DNA from: Acidobacteriota bacterium
Lineage (GTDB): Bacteria > Acidobacteriota > Thermoanaerobaculia > Multivoradales > UBA5704
Length of the DNA: 64,000 bases
Reading direction: 5' to 3'
Assembly: GCA_034667225.1 (NCBI GenBank)
Contig: JAXDKG010000055.1
Coordinates: 121,104 to 185,103, forward strand
Part shown: positions 45,610 through 54,795 of the stretch, piece after piece
Position numbering within the stretch: position 1 is the first letter of the stretch
How the letters are laid out: each line of letters opens with the position of its first letter
Made by a program: the position numbers and the translations under genes
The notes under the pieces: generated by a model
What the model was told of the DNA's origin: nothing
What the model saw: only the letters and a program-made list of their open reading frames with translations
The model's database searches: none

Positions 45610-46770
45610 ATGAGCAAGCCCCGCATCGCCATCCTGGGAGCCGGACCCGTCGGGTTGGAGGCCGCCCTGGCCGCCGCCGAAGGTGGATACCCTTTCACCG
45701 TCTACGAGGCCGCCCCCTCGGCCGGGGGCAACGTGCGCTCCTGGGGACACGTCCGGATGTTCACCCCCTGGGACCTGAACGTCTCCCCTCGGATGCGCCG
45801 CCGGATCGAAGCGCCGTCCGGCTCCGAATGCCCCACGGGGCAAGAGCTGGCCGAGCGGCTGCTCGATCCCATCGCCACTCTCCGCGACATCGAGCCAAAC
45901 CTCCGGCTAGGAACCCGGGTGCTGAGCCTCGGCCGCGAAGGCCTGCTCAAGCATGAAGAGATCGCCAATGCCGAGCGCGGCCGGCGCCCCTTCCGCATCC
46001 TCCTCTCGGATGGCGACCGGGAGTGGACAGACCGGGCGGATGTCGTGATCGACGCCACCGGCACCTATGGCAATCCCAACCGGCTGGGCGACGCCGGCAT
46101 CCCGGCCCCCGGCGAGCGCTCGCTGGACGGCGAGATCCGCCGGCAGATCCCTGACTTCATCCGCGAGGCCTCCGACTGGGCGGGCAAGACCGTGCTCCTC
46201 GCCGGAGCCGGCCATTCGGCCCAGACCGCCGTCCGCGAGCTGGCCCAGCTCCCAGGCGCCCGTGTCATCTGGGTGCTGCGCAACCCGGAGCCCGGCTGGG
46301 GAACCCACGAAGGAGATCCTCTCCCGGAGCGTGCGCGTCTGGCCGCCGAGGCGCAATCCCTGGCGAACGGCTCATCCCCGGCGGTCGAGGTGCGTAGGGG
46401 CATGGCGATCGAGGAGCTCTCGCGGCCGAACGGCAAGATCGAGGTGACCCTGCGCAATGGTTCCGACTCCGAGCGGATCGCGGTAGACCGCGTCCTCTCC
46501 CTCACCGGCTTCGTCGGCGACCACGAGCTCTACCGTCAGCTCCAGGTCCACGAGTGCTACGCCACCTGCGGCCCGATCAAGCTCTCCGCGGCCCTGCTCG
46601 GAGCGGCGGCAGGCGACTGCCTGGCCCAGACCAGCCACGGCGCCGACACCCTGATGAACCCCGAGCCCGGCTTCTTCATCCTCGGCATCAAATCCTACGG
46701 GCGAAACAACACCTTCCTGATGCGGGTGGGATGGGAGCAGGTCGCGGAGGTGTTCGGGACGCTGGGGTAG
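45610..46770 (+). CDS. Flavin-dependent oxidoreductase (FMO-like)
   Basis: GAGPVG, WGHVRMFTPW, VIDATGTY, GAGHSA, G.KSYGR...FLM..G.EQV. Confidence 0.82.
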   Translation: MSKPRIAILGAGPVGLEAALAAAEGGYPFTVYEAAPSAGGNVRSWGHVRMFTPWDLNVSPRMRRRIEAPSGSECPTGQELAERLLDPIATLRDIEPNLRLGTRVLSLGREGLLKHEEIANAERGRRPFRILLSDGDREWTDRADVVIDATGTYGNPNRLGDAGIPAPGERSLDGEIRRQIPDFIREASDWAGKTVLLAGAGHSAQTAVRELAQLPGARVIWVLRNPEPGWGTHEGDPLPERARLAAEAQSLANGSSPAVEVRRGMAIEELSRPNGKIEVTLRNGSDSERIAVDRVLSLTGFVGDHELYRQLQVHECYATCGPIKLSAALLGAAAGDCLAQTSHGADTLMNPEPGFFILGIKSYGRNNTFLMRVGWEQVAEVFGTLG

Positions 46771-46782
46771 ACTGCGCGGGCC

Positions 46783-47898
46783 ATGCGGTACTTCGGTCAA
46801 CCCGACTACAAGCACTCCGAGATTCCTGCCGTCGGCGTCCTCCTGGCCAACCTGGGGACGCCGGACGCGGCGGATACTCCCGCCCTGCGCCGCTATCTGC
46901 GCGAGTTCCTCCTCGACCCGCGGGTCATCGAGATGTCGCGGCCGCTCTGGTGGCTGATCCTCCACTTGTTCGTCCTGCCGTTTCGCCCCAAGAAGTCCGC
47001 CGCGCTCTACAAGAAGGTCTGGACGCCGGAAGGCTCGCCGCTCCTGGTCATCAGCCGGCGGCAGACTGAGGCGATCGAGAAGGCACTGCGCGAGGCCGGT
47101 ACGCCTGTTCATGTCGCCCTGGGGATGCGCTACGGCAATCCATCCCTCAAGGCGGCGTTGCGCGAGCTGGCGGAAAAGGGATGCCGGCGCATCCTGGTGC
47201 TGCCGCTCTATCCTCAGTACGCAGCGGTCACCAGCGGCTCCACGTTCGACGGTGTCGCGGCCGAGCTCCGCGCCTGGCGCTGGGTGCCGGAGCTGCGGGT
47301 CCTTCAGCACTACCACGATGAGCCCGGCTACATCCGCGCACTCGCCACGACCATCCGCGAGGCCTGGGCCGACGGCTCGCAGGCCGACAAGCTCCTCTTC
47401 TCCTTCCACGGCATCCCGCAGCGCTACTTCGAGGCGGGCGACCCCTACTTCTGTCACTGCCAAAAGACGGCGCGGCTCGTCGCCGAGGAGCTCGGACTGC
47501 CTCGCGACCGTTACCAAGTGTCCTTCCAGTCTCTCTTCGGCAAGGAGGAGTGGCTCAAGCCTTACACCGACAAGACAATGCAGGCCATGGCGCGGGCCGG
47601 AGTGCGCAGCCTGGACGTGATCTGCCCCGGCTTTTCCGCCGACTGCCTGGAGACCATCGAAGAGATCGACGAGCAGAACCGCGAGATCTTCCTCCACGCC
47701 GGCGGCGAGCGCTACCGCTACATCCCGGCCCTCAACGACCGGCCCGACCACGTGCGCTTCCTCACCGACCTGGTGATCCGCAATCTCCAGGGTTGGGTGG
47801 GAAAGGATGCAGAGTCGGCGCAGCGCGATCCGGAGGCATCCGCCCGGCGCGCCGAATCCAGGAAAGCCGCTGCCGTCGGTGCCGACGGCGGCTACTGA
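46783..47898 (+). CDS. hemH: Ferrochelatase
   Basis: LLANLGTP, YLREFL.DPRVIE, MRYGNPS, LPLYPQY, FSFHGIP, SFQS, WLKPYT, PGFSADCLETIEEI. Confidence 0.96.
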   Translation: MRYFGQPDYKHSEIPAVGVLLANLGTPDAADTPALRRYLREFLLDPRVIEMSRPLWWLILHLFVLPFRPKKSAALYKKVWTPEGSPLLVISRRQTEAIEKALREAGTPVHVALGMRYGNPSLKAALRELAEKGCRRILVLPLYPQYAAVTSGSTFDGVAAELRAWRWVPELRVLQHYHDEPGYIRALATTIREAWADGSQADKLLFSFHGIPQRYFEAGDPYFCHCQKTARLVAEELGLPRDRYQVSFQSLFGKEEWLKPYTDKTMQAMARAGVRSLDVICPGFSADCLETIEEIDEQNREIFLHAGGERYRYIPALNDRPDHVRFLTDLVIRNLQGWVGKDAESAQRDPEASARRAESRKAAAVGADGGY

Positions 47899-47936
47899 TA
47901 GATTTCGTTCTCACAGATGTCGATAGGAGGAGCAAG

Positions 47937-48797
47937 ATGAAGAAGCTTTGTATCCTTACGGTCGTCGGGCTTTTGCTCGCATGTATTCTGGTACCAGCGG
48001 CCTTCGCCCAGCAGCCGCAGCTCCAGCTTCCCCGGCCGAGCCCCAACGCCACCGTGACCCAGACCGTCGGGATCACCGACATCTCGATCCACTACAGCCG
48101 CCCGGGGGTCAAGGAGCGGAAGATCTGGGGCGAGCTCGTGCCGTACGGCGAGGTCTGGCGCACCGGCGCCAACGAGAACACTACGATCCGCTTCAGCACC
48201 CCGGTCAAGGTCGAGGGCAAGGATCTCCCCGCCGGCCTCTACGGCCTGCAGACGATCCCCACCGCGGACCAGTGGACCGTCATCTTCAGCAAGGACGCTG
48301 ATCAGTGGGGCGCCTTCACCTACAAGCCCGAGAACGACGCGCTCCGCGTCCAGGTCAAGCCGCAGCCGGCCGACTTCCGGGAGCGCATGGCCTTCGACAT
48401 CGAGGACGTGACCGACACCTCCGCCAAGATCGTGCTGCACTGGGAGAAGCTGCGGGTCCCCTTCGCCGTCGAGGTGGACACCACGAAGCTGACCGCGGAT
48501 GCGGTGAAGAACACCATGCGCTGGCAGAATTTCGTCCAGGCGGCCAACTACTGCATCCAGGCCAACGCCTGCCTCGACGAAGCCGGCCGCTGGCTCGAGG
48601 CCTCGATCGCCCTGGAGCCGGCCTTCTCGAACCAGCGCGCCAAGGCCATGCTCCTGGCCAAGCAGAACAAGTTCAAGGACGCCGTGACCTGGGGCGAAAA
48701 GGCCCTGGCCGCCGGCAAAGCGGCGACCCAGCCGCCTCCGCCGCAGCAGGTGACGGACCTGGAGACTAGCCTGGCGGATTGGAAGAAAAAGGGGTAG
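47937..48797 (+). CDS. DUF2911-domain secreted protein
   Basis: AGGAGG RBS, signal peptide; PRPSP...QTVG.T.I...YSRP, LVPYG.VWRTGANE; C-terminal TPR-like helices. Confidence 0.88.
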   Translation: MKKLCILTVVGLLLACILVPAAFAQQPQLQLPRPSPNATVTQTVGITDISIHYSRPGVKERKIWGELVPYGEVWRTGANENTTIRFSTPVKVEGKDLPAGLYGLQTIPTADQWTVIFSKDADQWGAFTYKPENDALRVQVKPQPADFRERMAFDIEDVTDTSAKIVLHWEKLRVPFAVEVDTTKLTADAVKNTMRWQNFVQAANYCIQANACLDEAGRWLEASIALEPAFSNQRAKAMLLAKQNKFKDAVTWGEKALAAGKAATQPPPPQQVTDLETSLADWKKKG

Positions 48798-48986
48798 TTG
48801 ATTCCTGGGGCGCGTTGCCTATCGCGCCCCAGATCTCTCGCTGTAACGCCTATTCCTCCCTGCTTATGCAGTTGCGGCATATAAGACATTCTGTCTAAAC
48901 GTCCACTCGATCTGAGTCGTATGTACATGGCAACCGGGCCAATTCCGGACCCGGCGATCTTCCCCGGAAAGGGGAAGGAGGTCGAG

Positions 48987-49382
48987 ATGGCGAACGAGTG
49001 GCTGTATATGAACACGGTGAACGGGTGGGACAAGATGGACACGGCGGTGACCGCCAACGCAGACAAGGTGCCGGAGTTGGAGGTCAACCTCGGCGCCCTG
49101 CGGACTCGGTCGCAGCGGGCTCGCCAGCTGTTCGCGCAGCAGGCGGCGCTGATGGCGGCGAAGCAGGAGGTCACGAAGGAGCTGCAGCAGGTGATCCAGG
49201 AGGGAAACTCGCTGATGAAGTTTCTCCGGGAGGGCCTCAAGGCCTACCTCGGGAAGTACAGCGAAAAGCTGACCGAATTCGGGGTGCAGCCGTTCCGCGG
49301 CATCACCCGGAAGGTAGCGGAGAAGCCGCCGCTGCCGGAGACGGTCGCTCCCTCGGACCTGACTCCTGATTCTGTGAAGTAG
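48987..49382 (+). CDS. Helical hypothetical protein; paralog of 217..645
   Basis: AAGGAGG RBS; aligns by eye with 217..645 (for example GKYSEKLTEFGVQPFR vs GRDAEKLKLFQLNPRR). Confidence 0.78.
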   Translation: MANEWLYMNTVNGWDKMDTAVTANADKVPELEVNLGALRTRSQRARQLFAQQAALMAAKQEVTKELQQVIQEGNSLMKFLREGLKAYLGKYSEKLTEFGVQPFRGITRKVAEKPPLPETVAPSDLTPDSVK

Positions 49383-49391
49383 CCTCTCTAC

Positions 49392-49426
49392 CGGGGGCGC
49401 GCTGCCAAACGCGTCCCCGCCTTTTT
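49392..49426 (+). terminator. Rho-independent terminator
   Basis: CGGGGGCGCG...CGCGTCCCCG stem followed by CCTTTTT. Confidence 0.65.
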
Positions 49427-49539
49427 CCCGCAGTCGTCGTCCCTCGGATCCAATCTCTGAACCGTCGATGGTGCACCCGACAGCAGGCGCTATCCTTGTC
49501 GTACCGTCGCCTTACCGGCGCGGAGACAAGGAGGTCAGA

Positions 49540-49769
49540 TTGGGCTCTCAGGCGTTTTCGGTTCGGCTCTCGACGAAGGGCCAGATCGTCATTCCCAAGG
49601 AGATCCGGCAGCGGCACGGCTGGACGGTAGGAACGGAGCTCGCGCTCGAAGTCCGGGGCGACGTGTCTTGGTGCGCACGGCCCGAAAGCTGCCCGAGACG
49701 ACGCTCGAAGACCTCGTAGGTTGTAAGGGATACAAGGGACCTGCCAAGACCTCGGGACACGGAGAGTGA
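49540..49769 (+). pseudogene. Frameshifted AbrB/MazE-type antitoxin
   Basis: AAGGAGG + TTG; RLSTKGQIVIPKEIR..HGW..GTEL, then a frameshift near 49663 into VLVRTARKLPETTLEDLVGCKGYKGPAKT; no toxin follows. Confidence 0.7.
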
Positions 49770-50099
49770 CCTGCCGGTACTTCGCCTTGACCGGCCTACC
49801 CTTCCCGACATGGACGCCTGGGTCGTTGCCGTGCTTCAGACGGCGGGTGCGGGTGATGCACTCGGGCTTGTAGGTCAGGGCCATACAAACCCCTCCGACT
49901 CGCGTTCCAGGGGGGTCCTCGAACCTGTCCAGCGCGTCCTTCAGCTCGTAGCGGATGTTGCGGGGGCGAGGGTGAAGGAGGTCTGGCAACGCTCGGGCAG
50001 GAAGCTCACGGCATCCCGTGACGACTTCAGGACCTTGCCTACTCACTTGCTGCCTCTCTGGAATCAGGCTTCCGGGAGTCTCTGCCGCGGCTTGCCGGA

Positions 50100-50254
50100 G
50101 CAAGTCTTCCAGGGGGCTCGATATGGTCTGTCACTTAGGGAAGCCGCAGAGCTACGTATCCAAGGTGGAGCGAGCCGAAAGGCGGATCGACCCGCCCGAA
50201 CTCGCCCGGTTTGCAGAGGTCTACGGGCGGGATGTGTCTTGGTTCTTAGCCTGA
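50100..50254 (+). pseudogene. XRE HTH fragment
   Basis: LGKPQSYVSKVERAERRID..EL..FA.VY is the C-terminal half of an XRE domain; the N-terminus is degraded. Confidence 0.55.
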
Positions 50255-50481
50255 CGGCGGTGCGTAATCTCCGCGAGTGTTTCTGCGTCCTTCCTATCTT
50301 GTTCTGGAAGCCAGTTCCAGTAGACCTCCAGAGCCTCGTCCACCAAAGCGTACTCGTTCTGACTCTTCACCGTTGCCAAGGCTTTTAGCCGCTCACGGTG
50401 AACAGCGAGAATGCGGACACTGATCTGCGACCGTTCTTCTTCTGGTTCTCTGGACGGCGGCTTCTTGTTGGCCATCAGCAT
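50221..50481 (-). CDS. Ribbon-helix-helix-like DNA-binding protein
   Basis: GGAGG RBS; QISVRI....RERLKALA.......ALVDEALEVY beta-alpha-alpha pattern. Confidence 0.65.
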   Translation of the reverse strand: MLMANKKPPSREPEEERSQISVRILAVHRERLKALATVKSQNEYALVDEALEVYWNWLPEQDRKDAETLAEITHRRQAKNQDTSRP

Positions 50482-50835
50482 TCTCGCCTCCCAACATGCC
50501 ACTTATCTAGCATGCCTGCATGCCCGCATGATCGCTATCTGACTAACTAGACTGTCTGCCTACTATCCACCTCTCCAAATTTCTTGGCAGACTGTAAGCA
50601 TTGACCCTGGCTGGCATTTCTGCTGTCAAGCTAGTCGCCATCCGAATATCCTAGCATGGTCAAAATCCGTTTCAAATCGACTAAGTACTCTATCGTCAAC
50701 ACTCTGGCGCACCAGATTTCCACCTGTTTTCCACTGGATTTCCACGGAAATACCACTATATCTAGGTATGTCGCGCCCATTGACACCCACAGCTAGTGGG
50801 ATTACGATGGTTGGCATACCTAGGAGGGACCGTCC

Positions 50836-51216
50836 TTGCTGAACGAAGCGTGCGAGAGGTTGTTAGCAGAGGCCGAACGAAAGCGAGACGAGGCGATTGC
50901 TGCGGCAGAGGACGAGTATCGGCGGGTGGTGGAGGCCGTTGCGCTTATCCGATCCCTTGACCAGCGACCAAGATCGGAGCGTCGCCTAAGCCACGGAAGG
51001 CTCTCGTCCGCAGTCCTGGCGGCGATTGACGAGCTCGACGAGCCTTTCACCGTCCGCGATGTTGAGGCGCGTATTCAGCGTCTGGCGCCAGATGTTGCCG
51101 GGCGCGTGTCGAGTGCCACCATCTCGACGACCCTGCGGCGCTTGATCGGAAGGCAGCTTCATCTTGCCGAGCCGGGCAACGCGACGCGGCCATCGAGGTA
51201 CAGGAAGGCGAGTTAA
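50836..51216 (+). CDS. Coiled-coil + winged-helix hypothetical protein
   Basis: AGGAGG RBS + TTG; FTVRDV...I......VSSATISTTLRRL wHTH-like segment. Confidence 0.6.
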   Translation: MLNEACERLLAEAERKRDEAIAAAEDEYRRVVEAVALIRSLDQRPRSERRLSHGRLSSAVLAAIDELDEPFTVRDVEARIQRLAPDVAGRVSSATISTTLRRLIGRQLHLAEPGNATRPSRYRKAS

Positions 51217-51394
51217 GTAGGAGAGGGAAGGGAGGAGGGGATTGGAGCCCCGCTGGCGGGCGGAAGCTCCTAATCCGACGAAAGTTGTAAGGCAGTCCCC
51301 CCTAGAGCAGGGATGGAAATCGTTGGGATCTCCATCTTGCCAGATAGGTTGCTCCAGGTCAAGGATCTGTCCGTTTACAAAGGAGCAACAGGTT

Positions 51395-51607
51395 ATGGAG
51401 CTTACCCTCGCAGACATCCGCAAAGCGAAGCTAGTCCTGGAGGAAGCCGTCCGAGAGGCGGACATCGCCGTCAAGGCTTCCTTTCCGAGCCTGGAGGAGC
51501 TGGACAAGATCCAGAAGGCCTTCGACGAGTCGGTCGGGCATGTAGCGAGGATGATCAATCCGAGTCCCGCACCCGCAGCATGCCCCAGAAAGCCCGGCGA
51601 CCACTAG
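51395..51607 (+). CDS. Small helical hypothetical protein
   Basis: AAGGAG RBS before ATG 51395; MELTLADIRKAKLVLEEAVR amphipathic. Confidence 0.45.
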   Translation: MELTLADIRKAKLVLEEAVREADIAVKASFPSLEELDKIQKAFDESVGHVARMINPSPAPAACPRKPGDH

Positions 51608-51791
51608 AAGCTAGGGCGTCCCGGGGAGCGTTTGTCAGCGCTCCCCGGACCTCCGGGAGGGTACAGCAGATGTACAGGGTGAATCGTGTCTCGCTTCACC
51701 CCCGCTCCCAAACTGCACAGGCTCAAGGCTCATGTTAATATGACAACTTTTGCGCCAGCCCACAACATTAAAAACAGAGGATTGGCCACTA

Positions 51792-52673
51792 ATGACTGAC
51801 CCTAAGACCACGCATATCCCCGTCAAAGACATGTGGCGCATGGTCTTTGGCATTATCTATATTTACCTCTGGATTAAGCGGACTAACTTTCGCCGCATCC
51901 TTGAAAAGTATGCCTTTGGCTTTTTGAGCCTCTCGCTTGTATTGTTACTCATTGAGTTAGGTTTGGAGATCGTTGGGCGGCACTTGGCAACGGGCTCGAC
52001 CGTACTCAAGGTGCTGTTCGGGATTAGCTTTACCATCGCGGCCTGGGGAAAGTACCGCGAATGGAAGGAAGAGCGTGATGACTTCTACTTCATCGGTGCA
52101 GCTCGGGCGATCGCCTTGGCGCTGAGTCGCCCGATCGAGTCTACAGACGTGGCGTTGGATGCACTCTTAAAGATCTTCCATACGAATTTCAGCGGCCCGG
52201 GCGAGGTCAATGTGACCTTAGCGCTCAAGGACGAAGATACGAAAGGCGTGCTGCGCATTACCCAGAGGTATCCAGCCACGCCCGAGGATCGCCCCACAAG
52301 GTTCGAGATCGGCCTCGGTGGTGCAGGCTATGCCTTCAAAGAGCAGTGCCTCGTCTACATCCCCAGAAAGAAACTGGGGCACGCCGTCGTTCAGCGATTC
52401 GACGACGACGATCCCTACGAGATGGTAACGAAGCTTTTTTTCGCGTTTGATGAAGAGGACAGGCCATACCGGGCCATTTTGTCAGTGCCTGTGATCCTTT
52501 TTGGCACATGCTCTGGGGTGCTGAACTTCGATTCAACTAAGCCCAACGCGTTTAGAAAGAAGCACATACAGCAGGCATTCTATTTCGCCACTGTGGTGGC
52601 TCAGGTTTTGCAGTCCACTCGCCCGACAGCGGCGAACATTCGCTCGCTTGACAGAAAGGTAGACAGAGTGTAG
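51792..52673 (+). CDS. Membrane protein with a GAF domain
   Basis: N-terminal TM helices; G.G.AGYAF, AILSVPV......GVLNFDS..PNAF GAF pattern; lower GC. Confidence 0.75.
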   Translation: MTDPKTTHIPVKDMWRMVFGIIYIYLWIKRTNFRRILEKYAFGFLSLSLVLLLIELGLEIVGRHLATGSTVLKVLFGISFTIAAWGKYREWKEERDDFYFIGAARAIALALSRPIESTDVALDALLKIFHTNFSGPGEVNVTLALKDEDTKGVLRITQRYPATPEDRPTRFEIGLGGAGYAFKEQCLVYIPRKKLGHAVVQRFDDDDPYEMVTKLFFAFDEEDRPYRAILSVPVILFGTCSGVLNFDSTKPNAFRKKHIQQAFYFATVVAQVLQSTRPTAANIRSLDRKVDRV

Positions 52674-52724
52674 TCTGCCGCGCCATAATGTAATAGAAGG
52701 GGCGCCTTCAAAGAGAGGTGGACA

Positions 52725-52946
52725 ATGCACCACGCCATAATGACACCTCCTAGCACCGAAGCTCCCAGCACGCAGCGCACCGCTAATCACGAGCGGACTC
52801 CGGTAAGCTCGGCTGTCGCGGCAAAGTATGCCCGCCAAGCACGCCAGATGTACGAGGCTCAGCCTCATATGTCGCTGCTTAACCTCATCAGGTTGGTTGC
52901 CCAAGTACTAGTAACGGGGAAAGCTCCCCGAAGATACAAGCTATAG
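52725..52946 (+). CDS. Small hypothetical protein
   Basis: GAGG RBS; ends just before a terminator. Confidence 0.35.
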   Translation: MHHAIMTPPSTEAPSTQRTANHERTPVSSAVAAKYARQARQMYEAQPHMSLLNLIRLVAQVLVTGKAPRRYKL

Positions 52947-52949
52947 GGG

Positions 52950-52985
52950 AAAAGCGGACGGCGCCAAGGCACCGTCCGCTTTTTC
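52950..52985. terminator. Bidirectional terminator
   Basis: AAAAGCGGACGGCGCC-AA-GGCACCGTCCGCTTTTT. Confidence 0.8.
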
Positions 52986-53293
52986 TCTCCTCCCTACCCA
53001 CCTTCCTTGTCACCCGAGGCTCCCGGCTGCTTCCGCCGGGTGTCACTGCTCTGCACGGGCGCTCCAAGCAGCGCATCCATGGCTTGTTCGAAGTCCAGCG
53101 GGTACAGCGACACCGGCGGGTCTACCTTCCGGCGTGGTCGTCCTGGCCGCGCCTCTTACTTCTCCGGTAGCGCCCCCGCCTCTTCTTTGGGGCTTCTTAA
53201 TCTTCTGCCATCGTTCGATCCCCTGCAGGGGGAGGAGGAGCTGTACCGGCTCCCCCGTCCCCTCGTCTTTGGTTTCTACCGAACTAGCCCGTA

Positions 53294-53620
53294 TCAGGCA
53301 TTCAGCATCTTGAGCCACTTTGGGGTGCGGTAGAACAGGCGCTGCCTTCCACGCCCGCGACCGCCGCAAGTATGCGCTCCGCGTCCGTGATCTTCCGGCG
53401 GGTCCAGCGGAAGTCGAACTCCTCGAGGTAGCGCTAGATGTGCCTGCGGGAGATGTGGTGGAAGGCACCGACGATTCCCCGCTTGAACAAGCTGAATTAG
53501 GACTCGGAGAAGTTGACGTGGATCATGCCCCGGGCGTACTCCCCCGCTGAGTGGTCCACGGTGCCATGGGACCACCCGAGATCCCCCCGTCCCCTTGCCG
53601 CCTACGTAGGTCTCATCCGC
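53294..53620 (-). mobile_element. IS1595-family transposase remnant
   Basis: DETYVGGK, then after a large deletion VDHSAGEY...HVNFSES*FSLFKRGIVGAFHHISRRHI*RYLEEFDFRW; in-frame stops and frameshifts. Confidence 0.85.
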
Positions 53621-53629
53621 TCGCCTCCG

Positions 53630-54013
53630 AGCACTCGGAGCCATTCTGAAATCTCGGAGCGGCTCTGATCGGCTGAGAATGATTCCGAGACGGCTCGGCA
53701 CCCTTCTCAGCGCCTCAGAATCATTCTGAAGTCCTTCGGAACGGCTCCTAACGGCCGAGAAGCCGCCCTGAGATCCTGAGAACGGCTCTGAAACTCTCAG
53801 CACCGCTCCGAGCGGCTGAGTATCATTCCGAGGCCGCTCGAAGCCATTCTCAGCGGCTCAGAGCCATTCCGAAGTTTCTCGGAGCCATTCTGAGGATCTC
53901 AGCATGATTCTGAAGTCCCTCGACGTCATTTTGAGCGCCTGAGAACGGCTCTGAAGTCCTTCGGAGCGGCCCTGAGCGGCTGAGAATGGCTCCGAAAACT
54001 TCAGAATGGCTCG
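53630..54013. repeat. ~21-bp-period palindrome array, family B (TCAGA-N5-TCTGA)
   Basis: About 19 degenerate units such as TCGGAGCCATTCTGA, TCAGAATCATTCTGA and TGAGAACGGCTCTGA. Confidence 0.85.
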
Positions 54014-54018
54014 TTTCT

Positions 54019-54116
54019 CCTGGGAGCGCTGGCGTCCCCGCCGGCTTGTCCGGAGAGATCGGCGGAACGCCGGCATTTGTTGGCAAGAAGGCCGGCGAGA
54101 CGCCGGCGCTCCCAGG
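54019..54116. repeat. REP-like long inverted repeat
   Basis: CCTGGGAGCGCTGGCGTCCCCGCCGGC ... GCCGGCGAGACGCCGGCGCTCCCAGG arms. Confidence 0.75.
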
Positions 54117-54123
54117 GAAGACC

Positions 54124-54795
54124 CTAACGGATCGCGGGCTCCCGCGCGGCGGCCAGCCAGCCTGGGAGATCCACCACCCGTTCCAGGCAGGCGATCGGCT
54201 CGAACCGCTGGAGATCCTCCCGGCTGTGTGAGCCGGTGCAGACGCCGATCCCCCCGGTTCCGGCGTTCCTCGCCATCTCCAGGTCGAAGGTCGTGTCCCC
54301 GATCATCAGCGCGTCGGCCGGGCGCACACCCAGATCGTTCAGGATGTCGAGGAGCATCTGCGGATGGGGCTTGGAGAAGGCCTCGTCGGCCGTTCTCGTC
54401 GAATGAAAGAGACTGCGCAGCCCGGTCTGCTCCAGCGAGAAGTTCAGGCCCCGCCGGCTCTTGCCCGTGGCTACCGCCAGCAGATAGCCCTCCTTCGAAA
54501 GATCGCGGAGCATCGTCTCGACCCCGGCGAAGAGCAGCGGCGTGTCGCGGAAGGTCAGGTGCCAGTGCCGACGGTAGGACTCGATGATCGTCCCGAAGAG
54601 GTCGTCGTTACAGCCGGGGACCAGGACCTCGACCGTTTCTCGCAGGCCGAGCCCGATCGTGCCGCGGATCGTCTGCTCGGGCAGCTCCCCCAGTTCCAGT
54701 TCCCGGATCACTGCCTGAGTGCAGGCGGTGATCGTCCCCACGGAGTCCATGAGGGTGCCGTCCCAGTCGAAGACGAGAAGGCGCGGAGGGTTCAA
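54124..54795 (-). CDS. HAD-family hydrolase (phosphoglycolate phosphatase-like)
   Basis: FDWDGTLMDS, VATGK, SKPHP, MIGDT..D; TTGA overlap with the upstream gene. Confidence 0.9.
   Translation of the reverse strand: MNPPRLLVFDWDGTLMDSVGTITACTQAVIRELELGELPEQTIRGTIGLGLRETVEVLVPGCNDDLFGTIIESYRRHWHLTFRDTPLLFAGVETMLRDLSKEGYLLAVATGKSRRGLNFSLEQTGLRSLFHSTRTADEAFSKPHPQMLLDILNDLGVRPADALMIGDTTFDLEMARNAGTGGIGVCTGSHSREDLQRFEPIACLERVVDLPGWLAAAREPAIR

Noticed and set aside
49303-50103. 266-aa minus-strand ORF
   Set aside because: It overlaps the AbrB relic and the upstream gene in antisense, with no recognisable family; it may contain a degraded fragment but cannot be supported.
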